From Bugula neritina (lineage: Eukaryota; Animalia; Bryozoa): a stretch of 64,000 nt of DNA. The first letter of the stretch is position 1, and every line of letters starts with the position of its first letter. The notes under the pieces are model-generated. The model made no database searches. It saw only the letters and a program-made list of their open reading frames with translations, and was not told the origin of the DNA. Shown here in pieces: positions 21,147 to 40,123 of the stretch. Position numbers and translations under genes: made by a program. The DNA is taken from NCBI GenBank assembly GCA_964035545.1, contig OZ037766.1, positions 24,606,126 to 24,670,125 of the forward strand, read 5' to 3'.

Positions 21147-24100
21147 TGGTGTGTGTGGTGTGTGTGGTGTGTGTGGTGTGTGTGGTGTGTGTGTGTGTGT
21201 GTGTGGTGTGTGTGTGTATTGTAAAGTGCAGTTGGTTAAGCAATTCACTTAATTTCTTTAATACCTACTTTACAAATAAAAATGTGTTTGAAATCTGATA
21301 TACTCGTATTAATGACCGCCAACCTTTTAAAAAGATTAAAAAACCCAATTATTTCAAAATACATGTCTTTAAAATGGTATAATGTGCAAATTAATTAATT
21401 CATTATTTTGAAATAAAAGTAAAATTTTTAAAATCCTGTTTCACTTAAACAGAGGAAAATTTATACAAACTATAATAATTCTATTGACTGACGTTAGATA
21501 AACAGCAATTAAATTACTTTGTCTTCACAATGATAGCTATGTTAATTTATTTAAACTGGGTTGCTGCTATATTTTTTATTAAAAGTTATGGAAATATAAA
21601 TTTTGTGCTAACCGGCTTTTCTTCTTTATTGACAATGATTAAGTAAACAAAAACATGTTTACAATGCTAGATTACAATAGTTTATGTAACTCTTCTGCTC
21701 CTATTCTATTTTGGTTCTGTATGAATACAAATATTTACACAACTTAATCATGATAAAAAAAATATGATGTTTTCATTGTTTGAACAAAGTGATAAAAAAT
21801 TCAAGTTAAAAACTGCAGCTAAATATAGCCAAAAGCTTTCATTACATACTGCATTATGAAACATAACAGCCACGTGGATTGGAACTGAGGTCGATACATG
21901 GGCTACCAGTGATGATAAGATTTGGCCCCATTATATATGACTAGACATTTTGAAACATCGGTTAATTAATTGCTCACCTGAGTCTCTGTATTTAAAACCC
22001 TGAAAGCTGTGGCACTTCTCATCAGTTCTATAGCATATTGGCAAGCAGCCAACAGGTCCCTGGAAATGTGACGTCATTGTTTCATAACAATTTATCTCAA
22101 GCATATTATGCAACATCTTACATAATTATGCACTTTTCAAGTTTAGTCCAAAAGCTTGGGAAGAAAAGCAAATGCTATCTTGTATACCAATTGTTTAAAT
22201 TTTAGAACAATTCAATTCCTTCTTTTTGGAAATTATTTGAGAGTATAATATTTCAACTTTAAAGGGAAATCATACTGGGGTCAGTTGCATAACTGCCATT
22301 ACCTTACAAACAGCTTTACATTTCTCTATAAGAGGGAGCATAGTCTTAGGACCTCTAGCACAATTGAGAGCAACCACATCAGCGCCCTCACTTTCTAGAC
22401 GAGCCAGAGCTTCAGGAACTGGAACTTCATCAAATGTAATCTCTTTCTTGCTGGTTGCACAAATACTGACTACATTAGGCAGATCTGCATAAAAAATCAG
22501 TGGAAACATTTGAAACATTTGAAGCAGAACATACATAAAAAATAGCCTTGGGGTTAGGGTATTTTTGCTGCACTTGTTTGTACAATCTGTAAACATACCT
22601 CTATCAGCAACTGAAGGATAAAAATACTGATGCTGGTTTTTAGGATTTCATTGCAACAAACTAACTTAAAAAAATATAAAAGACTTGTTAAATGTTGAAC
22701 ACAATTATAATCTCATGTTGCTATAATAATTATTATAGCATGCTATATACTGACAAACATTTTTTTAAAGATTGAAAACTTAGATAATTACAAAAAACTA
22801 TTTCAGCTTGCAACTGGTTGATAATTATTTGATGCAATGTTATATCCCCAGTATTACAACTAGAAATTTTTGTGGTGATGCTAAAGCATGCAAATGAAGA
22901 AAATTTATAGTTGTTAATTTTCAACTCAAACTTACCAAAGCGCTTCATAACTTTCAAAGCTAAAGACGCTTCTCCATAGTCCCAGAACGTCTCTGCTATC
23001 ATGAAGTCTACACCAGCTTCCTTTGCCCACTGACATTGCTCCTATAATTGGATAAGACAATACCAGATTTGCATGTGATCATTTTAATTCTACATTAAAA
23101 ACTAGTACCTACTGAATTTTGTAAATATTGCATGTGATTTTAATTAGTATTTACATGCTTTAAAAATTTATTGCATTGAAGGTAAAACAATAAAAATTAC
23201 ACGCAAAAAAGTCTACTTTGGTGTGCTGCTAATGCAAGTAAGGTACGCCGAACATTATTATTTTCCTTTAAGTCTTGTTCTACCATCATGGTAACAGACT
23301 AACAGTAGGTTGCGAAGAAAGGCTTGAACATCTCCATAATATGTACTATGTGTTATGTGCTATGTGTTATGTGTTATGTGCTATTTGTTATGTGTTATGT
23401 GCTATTTGCTATGTGCTATAATGCGCTATTTGTTATGTGCTATGTGCTATGTGCGATATGCTATGTGTTATGTGCTATTTGCTATGTGCTATGTGCTATG
23501 TGCTATTTGTTATGTGCTATGTGCTATGTGCTATGCGCTATGTGCTATGTGGGATATGCTATGTGCTATGTGCTGCGTTCTATGTATAATATGCTACATA
23601 TATACTATGTAAAAGAGCTATGTATTACTAACACCTAAAAATATCAGTATATACCACCTAATAGATATTGAGCATAGCACATAACATGCATATAGCACTT
23701 GACACATAGTAATAATATAACATAACTTTGCTAGGTTTATCAGCTGTCTATCAACAGTTTATCAAGCATGTATAAATAATAAAGTGGCGACTGAATCAAA
23801 CTCAACTTTATTTAACTTTTAATACCAGGTTACAATTAAAAAGGTCATAAGATAGAAAATGCATCTGGTTATGTAAAGAGCACTTGCAGGGGCGACAAGT
23901 ATATTCATGCTATATGTGAATAGATTTCTTACTGATGCATAGAATCATAGCAATTGTTTATAAAGCTGGAGTCAGTTGTACCAGTATCTTTATCATAATT
24001 ATTCAATTTCATAGTGTTATAATTAGCTTAATCTTAATTTGATAGAAGTTATTGGAAGTCATTTGAAAATTTCTTGGATGCGGGATTTGTTATTAATAAA

Positions 24101-26592
24101 AAACAACCTTGATTACGTTATTTGAAATAGCACATTTTATTCAAATCAGTCTATATAGTTGAAAAACAATTGTCAATAAGTCATGAAATTGAACTACAAT
24201 GCTATAATAATATACCTGCTAAGCCAAAATTGATTGTTATATGACAATGCAGTAACTCCTAATAATTATTCAATTTCATAGTGTTAGAATTAGCTTAATC
24301 TTAATCTGATAGAAGTTATTGGAAATCATTTGAAGATTTCTTATTTGTTATTAATAATTGGTTGTGTAAAAATAAGTTACTTATTCATATTATGGAGCTC
24401 TTTTAATTCGAACCATACAATCCATGCAGACAAAAATCCTTAGATTAGAATGGCTGTTTGTGTTTGCTAAACGTGTAGAAACATGTCAATAAAAATGTAA
24501 TATTATATTGCACCAAAATGTATATTCCCATAATAAACAGCTTTCATTTTCTCTATGAAAAGATTATGGACTTTGAGTTAGATTATCATATACTCTATTA
24601 AGTACTCTACTTACAGTAAACATGTTCTCACACTCTTGTATGGTCTCCGGTTTGTTAGGATCATACAGATTAGAGTTACAGAGACCTCCAGCAAATAACT
24701 TGTTATTCTCTCTGGCAACCTCCTTCGCTATTTGTAAAGCTCTTTTGTTGACTTCTTCAAGCTCTCCTTCTCTACCAACATCCTTCATCTTCTCTCTGGT
24801 GGCATAATACTGCAATATTACAAAAAAATTAAAAGTTTTGGAAGTTGTCCAGCTTATCTCACAGGAGAAGTGCAATCAAACTAAACTGCAGGTAAAAGCT
24901 GTGATAAGTTGTTGTGTAATACAGAGTCCAACATTCTGAACCTTTTTGATATTTTGACGTATTAGTATGTTTCTCCTAAGAGCTACAGTTTGTTTATGAT
25001 GGAGAGTTTTTAAGTTTAATTCAAGTTAGACTAATGTAGCTTTGTTAGTTTTGAGCATTTAAAATTGTGATTGAGCTGCAACTAAATTTTGGTTCAGGCT
25101 AAACACACTTTGCCAAACCGTAAGCCTTAACATAAAATGTCAGCCATTTTTAATGTGTCCGGGCTGAGGTTTTCAAAGTCCGCTATTAAGGATGATCTAT
25201 GACACCTCATTGGACAATTGTTCAATAGGAGGCCGCAGCAACCGTTTTGAATCAAACAGTGCTTGATCCTAACGCTGTACAGAAAGCTTAAGCATTTGTA
25301 AAATGGCTGACATTTTATGTTACAACCAAGGGTGCAGCGAAGTGTGTCTAGGGGGTTAGTGTCCTGGTAGCAGGAGTTCAGGTGGTACAAGCAGTGGATG
25401 TAGGGGCAGTTGAGGAGTGCCACTTTCAGTGTGGTATTAGACAGTGTACCTGGTGCTACATAACAGTGATAACTCTATACACATATTTGAAATAATATAA
25501 ATGCAGAATCATTGCTTATGCAAAATTATAAAATAAAATATCCGTAAAAAAATTTATGAGTCCAAGATTAAAGTTTATGATGTTAAGTTGCTCAATTGAT
25601 TGGCCTATAGCATGAGTATCTTTTACATCAAGATTAACTTGTGGATAACTTGCTAATAATCTAACAAAAATTTTTTTGAGTTTAAACAATAAGTAACCTA
25701 AACAGTTACCTATGTCTGCATGCTCAGCTTTTTGAATATTTTACTTTATAAAGTTAGATATGCTGTTCAATTAGGTCATAGTTCTTTAACTATTTTACTT
25801 ATTTAAAGCTTCTCACCGTAAAAGCCTGAACTACATCTGTACCAGCATCAACAAACTCCTGGTGAAGAGCCCTGACACATTCAGGGTAGTCCAGGACCAC
25901 TTCAGGAACAAAGCTGGCTGGCTTAACTTTACCTCTTCTTATAAACTCAAAGAGATAGCCTTCAGCTATCAGAATAGGTTTGTTAGTCTTCAGATACTCC
26001 CGGAAATCTGCATCAAGATATAAACAACTAGTAATCCTTTTTTTCTTAAGATTTCTTGTCACTTTTGATAAAATGAAATACAACCAAGGAGCCTGTGATT
26101 TCGAAAATTGCTTGTTGGTAAATGACTAGCATATTATAACTTACTTCAAGAATTTTGCTAACAGTACCAAAAAACAACAGCTAAAAGTTGAATTCTTGTT
26201 ATAAATAGGCAAAAGGCTAGAAAAGTTGTGTAGCTATAACCAATTAATTTGAGTGAAGTCTAGCCCTTATACTTATAACAATTATCTGAAATGTTCAAAA
26301 TTTAACTCATTTATACTACAGTAATCTACATATTTTGTAAAGAGCTTCATTTTCTTCGGCATAATATGCATGTAATGTATTTTAAAATAATAGTTTTTAA
26401 TTAGTTAGTACCCACTGTAGCTGTCTTATTCAATGTCTAATCTTTGGCAATTAAAAAATATGGCTCTTTACTCTCTTGATTTTGCATGCAAATTGATTAT
26501 ATAAATTTTAAAACTTGCAAATAAATGAATATCAAGTGAAAGTTAAAATAGCTTCACAATAGTAAATAACCTAAATAATTTTACTTACCCAT
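19902..26592 (-). CDS. BHMT: Betaine-homocysteine S-methyltransferase-like (homocysteine S-methyltransferase family), copy A, 347 aa
   Basis: Exons (minus) 26592-26589 (ATGG|gtaagt), 26007-25817, 24809-24615, 23041-22936, 22484-22303, 22059-21978, 20958-20781, 20007-19902 = 1044 nt, open. Motifs [36 protein letters not shown]; Zn ligands in LNCARGP and IGLCCG. Symbol indicates family, not proven orthology. Confidence 0.88.
21015..21217. repeat. Interrupted (GT)n microsatellite in BHMT-A intron 6
   Basis: Seen directly. Confidence 0.95.
23332..24357. repeat. Interspersed repeat with expanded (TGTGCTA)n minisatellite; second copy at 32121-32808
   Basis: Both copies begin CTCCATAATATGTACTATGTGTTATGTGCT and are near-identical over ~600 bp. 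Confidence 0.85.
25098..25357. mobile_element. MITE, same family as 3261-3529, in BHMT-A intron 2
   Basis: Ends GTGTGTCTAGGGGGTTAG; subterminal inverted repeat TAACATAAAATGTCAGCCATTTT / AAAATGGCTGACATTTTATGTTA. Confidence 0.7.
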
Positions 26593-28286
26593 TGATTCGC
26601 TTTAAACACAGATCAATGAACAAAATGATTTACATTTCCATTTTAAATAGCCTTCGATACCACGTCTTTATCTGTTTGACCTTGCAAAAAATAAGAAAAC
26701 TGGAGTATACCGGTTTGTTTCACTTTGAAGTCTGCGCAAATGCAATACCAAGATAACAACAGCTGGTAACATAGACTTATAGATAAACTATTAGCATCTT
26801 TGAACAAAATTACAACATAGCCTACAGAAAAACAGTAGACTGAATGGTGTGCTAATTAGACTGGCAATATTCTTGAAAATATTCTTAAAAATATAAATGA
26901 CAATTGATTATAACGGTTCCTTAATAATTTAAGCCATTAATTTACATTTTACGCTTACAATACGCTGCTGTAACAAATAGGCCCAACAATTCACACTTCA
27001 CAGTCATGTACACATTACCAACTGAATCCAAAGTACATGTTTGTTATCACTGCATGTAAACACTATGACAAGTTTTTGCAATGTTGTGCATATTCTCACC
27101 GTATATAGTGAGGGTATTACTAACTGTCACAAACACTTAGCCACGTACGGTAATAATTTTCTGTCTCAATTCAATACTTCTTTCGTAACAGCAATCTTGT
27201 AAATTTAAGCACTTGCTGGTTAAGTTTGGAAAAAAGCCCACAAAATGATAAAAATGTTAAAAAGCTTAGCGTTTTCAACAAAGCAAATGTAAAAAAATAG
27301 CTGATGCTACATTAAGCAATTTAGATTAAATATAGCTATTTTTAAAGGGTTAGCGAAATGTTCTTTTTTGATTCAGAATAGACCGGTGAATGTAATGTAG
27401 GTTAGGTACTTTTTATTATGTTATATAACTCAAAGGTATCCAATTTCTTTAGTTGACATAAGCAACTAAAAATCATAGTAATAAACAGTAAAATCAAATA
27501 GAGGTGTAGCATTTTTGTGCACACGAAATCTAGCTTAAGCAATGGTACATAAAAGCTGAACTATACCAAACTGTTGCTGTAATAATTCTGTCAAGCAGAT
27601 TAAAATAGCTGTCAACTTTTTTTAAATTTAAACTTTATTTTACATGCTGCTAAAAAGCTTGGCACAGGTTTTGTGAAAGCTATAACCAAGATTATTTACC
27701 AATTTTGTGCGAGTGCTTATTATATATGCTAAAAACGAAATCATATAACTCTAGCCTACTCAATATTTAAAAACTTGTCAATTGTCAAATCGATGATTTT
27801 TAACAAACTGGCATGAGTGAAAGACTTCAAATGCATGGGACTGTGGGGACATCTATTCAAATGTGATGTCTTAGCTTAAAGAGTATATAATGCAGCACTA
27901 TCCCTTTCGGTGTACTTTGCCTTTGATTTAGCCCAATGATTGACATATACTCTCCAACTTGCAGTTTATGTTAATTTTTATCAATCTGTCTGAGCCAATA
28001 TATAAGCTTAATATAGCCACAGGTCAAAGGGAGGTGGAAAGTTACAGAAATCAGTTGATATTGTATATTTTTATCAATGATAATTTTTATATAAATACTG
28101 TTTCACATTAATTTGATGCTAATGTAGGCTTTCAACTAGAGGTCTGCCAAAGTTTGCCCGGCACCAAACCTTGAATAGAATCTGTCCAACTTCGGTTTAA
28201 AAAGACATGCCTGGTGCCTTTTTGTTTCTACCCAAATAAGTGACAGCGAGTGTGCATTCTATATGCTCTCAATTAGACATCTGTGT

Positions 28287-28378
28287 AGTGTTGAGTTTAC
28301 CCAGTGGCTCTTGTGGTGTAATGGTAGCACACTTGTTTGCAAGCCAGAGAACTCGGGTTTGATTCCCAGTGGGGGTGA
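28287..28378 (+). mobile_element. Monomeric family-2 tRNA-like repeat (others at ~8835-8925 minus and ~62328-62432 plus)
   Basis: TAGTGTTGAGTTTACCCAGTGGCTCTTGTGGTGTAATGGTAGCAC..GGGTTTGATTCCCAGTGGGGG. Confidence 0.65.
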
Positions 28379-29479
28379 AATTATTAGAACATAAAAAGAA
28401 TACTTAAAATCATGTTGAAGGATTTGCCAAAAAAGCTCAGGAAGTACATAAAATAATAATCTTGAGAGGTTAAATTGACTGAAACCGGAGCATCAAGTGT
28501 GCTTTATCCCTGTGTGGAAAATCTTCTTAAAGTTTAATGTTGAAGTTATATCACAATCTGTCAACATTAGTCAGAGTGATATACCAATAGCACACTTAGC
28601 AGCCAGAATATATAATAGCCGTCATGTGACCGAGTACAGCCAGTCATTTGGCAAGTGAACCGGAAGTAGCAGCATATACATGTATAAATGGTGAATGTGT
28701 GCCCAACACTACTATAGTAAACAATTATACAGCTATCATTGTTTTATAATCTTAAAATGTTTTCTACAGTAGAAATGTCCAAAGTCTGTAGTAGCTCAAG
28801 CAGAAACTAAAATCTAGGAACCTGGGAATATCAATTTTGTGAAAGCCAAATATAAGCAGAATTAAAGATTATATTTTGTTTCAATTCTCTACACCAGAAG
28901 ATAACTATTGACCTAAGACAATGATTTTTAGGGCCTAAAAGCGGAGTTGCATTTCTTGCAATATTTTTATTTTCATCTGCGATAGGAGTTGTTGCCCCAT
29001 AGTGCAAATTAGTCTTGCTTCTAATGTAAAAAAACAATTCCAGTTAGAGTAGACAACAAATCAGATTAGTGACTGTGATGGTAACTTTTTGAAAACTTTA
29101 ACTCAGTACAGAACATAAAATAATAGTTTGTAGCTCCTCGTTCCCAAAAGATATACTTTTAAATTAGTCATCTCTTTTCCTTATCTGAAAAGCATTTATT
29201 GCTACTAATTTGTTTACAATAGAAATTATTAGCTTTACTGCTTGTTCGAGTGTCACATTACAAAATTAGGTCTATATACGGTCCTATGACAGATTCCATC
29301 GTCATTTCCTACATTTAATTTTCAACAAAAGTATAAATGCACCATTACTTATAGCAACTGCATTAGACCATTCATTAGATATTAGAAAGAATAGACTGTA
29401 TTTCAAGGCAATTACAGCGAAGAAGCATTTTAGAATCTAGCTATGCTTTATAAAGAATAATGCTTTAAATAATCATGTA

Positions 29480-36770
<7,291 letters not shown>

Positions 36771-39700
36771 TATTGTACTGTATTTGCAGGTTATAGTAAA
36801 CAGAGATGGTTCACGGTGTTATGCCAACTGCCTGGTGGTGTTTTCTGCTTGCGTAATCTTACAATAACCAGTCCTTACCAGTTTGCATCATAGCAAAGTT
36901 CACCTATAAACTTGTATCAAGATAAAAACTGTCAACAGCCTAAAGATAAACATTGACTAGGGTTTAAACTTCACTCTAATATTATGTAGACTTTAGTCTA
37001 TTATATACATAAAGCTTAAGTAGTGTTCCAACACAAACATGCAGTAGCATTACCCTACATGCAATATGCTACTGTATTTGTTATTGATGTCTAGTTAATT
37101 AAATAATAATACTGGATTAGTTGAACTTTTACAAGCATTGCAAATAGAAAAAATGTTATACATCTATTATAACACTTTACAATGTCAGCACTGCTCCTAT
37201 ATAACTTTTTTGAACAACATGAAAATAGACAGTCAACTTGCTCACAACTAAGTGGCAGTAATAATTTAGGAGCAGTATAGTGGAGAAATTGAGATAGACT
37301 AAACTCTTTAAAATCTTTTATTACATTTTGGTTTGGGGCATGGGTTGAAATTCATAAAAGAACATAACTTATGATGATACAATGTTAATCTAGAACACAT
37401 GCTTTTTCTTAATTTCTCCATTATTGCTCCTACCTTGCAGTAGTTACTAAACTTTGCTAATATAGTTATCAAAGCAGGTTAATTGAGATAAACAAGTTAT
37501 AGGTTTAGTGTGCTATAATATTATTTGGGAATTGGCATCTTTTACTGTTTAAAATTCTGGCCAGTAAAAAGCATGAATTTTCTTACAATGTAAGCCACAA
37601 ATTTAAGAGTAACACATATATGTATAGAGCTACCGCAGTAACAAAAAGCTGGCATAGACTATATAAATTTTGTACCATCACCAACTGTTCTAAGAATTCG
37701 GTCAAATTGATAAATTTTTGCCTCGAGCCAATGTCTTCTGTGCATCTATATAACTATGCTGGGAGCATTTGCACCTGGTGGTTAAGTTTGGAAAAAACCC
37801 ACAAAAGATAAGATTTGTTATAATGAAGCAACGTGCATTTGTTAGACAGTGTCTACATGCCACATCTTGTATAACATAATTATGTTATTTTATCTGGCTT
37901 TTATCTAGAAAGCCATCTCCATATAATTATATAGTAATAATTTAGCTCTGATGTAGTAATGACCAGTTATAGGCGACGAAGTATTATATGGATCAAAAAT
38001 ATTATGTTAAGTTTCATGATCTTAAACTAATGAATCATTTCAAAAAACTTTATATGCAACGCGTGCACCAGTACAGATTACATAGTTGCTAATTACGTGC
38101 TAATGTCCAAATACTTTGGTTAACCTACCAATTTTTAAACATATATTAGAAAATGAAAAGAATGAAGTGCTGTTATCTACCTAAACACTCCATTTAGTGC
38201 AGGTTATAGGCGTTTAGCTATCTTATCAGTCTGAAATAAGCTTTTGAGAGAATATATTAATAATCTAAAATTAATTTAAAATCATTACAAATAGCAAATG
38301 ATATTATAGCACACTATAATTACCAGACTTAACAAATTGATTTGCAGTCAAACTGTAGTTGCTTTTTACTCCAAAAAGACAACTCTCAGTTTAACTCAGA
38401 GGTAATTATAACTCAATGTGAGAACTCTAAAGCATCATTTTTATGTCTTAGTGAAGCAATTCACTGCCTATAGCAATTCATTGTCTTTTCAAGAGGGCAT
38501 AACTCACCAAATAGTTTAATATCACTGATTATCTGAAATACTAGCATTACAAGCTTGCATTATTAAGTTTCTATGCACAATCAAATAATTCACTATGAAA
38601 TTCAATATTTATTAAACTTACACCAATTTTAGAACATATCTTGTTGAGCTACCTGTGATATGAGTAGCCTGTATAAAATAGTTTTGTTAAACTTTACAGA
38701 TGTGATTTCTCTGCGGCATATTTAGACAGTTTGTAGCTCCTTGACCGTAGAGAGCAGTGTTTACTGTAGTTCTCTACTTGCAACTGGTGCTAAATAATTA
38801 CAATACTAATTTCATTGATTGCTTTCAACTGCATGGGTGTTGTATAATACACAATATGCTGCTATGTTAATATTGTATATGAGTATTGATTTTACACACC
38901 CAGCCTAATAAAGTTATATTTTTGTATTGATAGTTTATCGTAGAGCTGTTTATTTAATGAAAAGTTGGCTGCAGTACAATTAACACATGATACAGCTAGT
39001 GGAACTCATTAGTAATAATTTTAAAAACTTTCCTGGTAATTATCATTCTAAGTTGTATACAGAAGATATGATACATAATTTTGAGGGAGTTTTGAAAAGT
39101 TGGGAAGGGATTTGTGAGGGGTTTGAAGGAGTTTGTGAGGGATTTGGGAAGGGAGAAGATATTGAAACTTTGAAGCTGTACATTTAGTCTGGTAAAGTTT
39201 TAAAGTCATTTTATTCTTTGAGTAGAGATTGCCTAATAGCCATGAATTACTGAGTCATCGAAACTAGTTTTCAGCAAAACTTATTTAGAGACCATTGATG
39301 GTGCACCATGGACGGTAGCCAATAATGGTCAGCCTCCTAACCTCCAAAACCCGTCATAAGATTGCTGTTATAGTCGTCTTTCCAACTTATAATAGTGCAA
39401 ATGTATAACGGAATAACAGTTCTTGACCTATACTTTTAAAAACGGAAAAACATGCAAGTCTATCAACTACCAGCTCTGAGGTAGCCATTCTTGTCTAAAT
39501 ATAGCTGTTACTAAAAGAAGGACGTCATCAAAATGATCTAGAGGAGATTTCTGATTAAGGCAAGAGCTTCCAAATTAACCAATCATGTTTAATGGGACTC
39601 TAACTTCAATTTAGCCGAAATTGATATGTATAAATTGGTAAAAGGCTTCAATTGCTAAACTATGAGCCCTATAAATATTTTGATTATTATTACATATTGT

Positions 39701-40123
39701 TTAAACACCTTAATTATTGTTATATAGCTTATACATTTGTTTTAACTAGGATCTCTTATAAAAAGTCAAAAAGAAGTTGGTCTCTCTGCCTTTAAGTTAT
39801 ACTGATCATAATGATAGTGAGAAGCTTATTGAGTAAAGAGTTGTCGTTTCAATATTATAATAACGCGTCTTTTTCGAAATGTTTACGCAAATTTAGCGAT
39901 TATGAATTATAGCACTACTGAGACTAGGAACTGGGACTATCGACTCATAGTTTAGATAGTTACCGCGTTGCTGTAAATATTGCAGATTTAGTTATGTACA
40001 ATATCTTACCTGCTGTCTTTCGTTCCCAGATCATCAAACAAGAATATTCTGGTAGCTGAAAGAAGGCTTGTTTGGTGGTTCAATGATCAGAACGTACCCT
40101 TTTGGGTTGATTATCCCTACATC

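Noticed and set aside
28305-28378. Functional tRNA genes (also ~8835, ~18450, ~34340, ~34545, ~62350)
   Set aside because: Anticodon region varies between copies, stems are mismatched and copies share non-tRNA flanks: tRNA-derived repeats.
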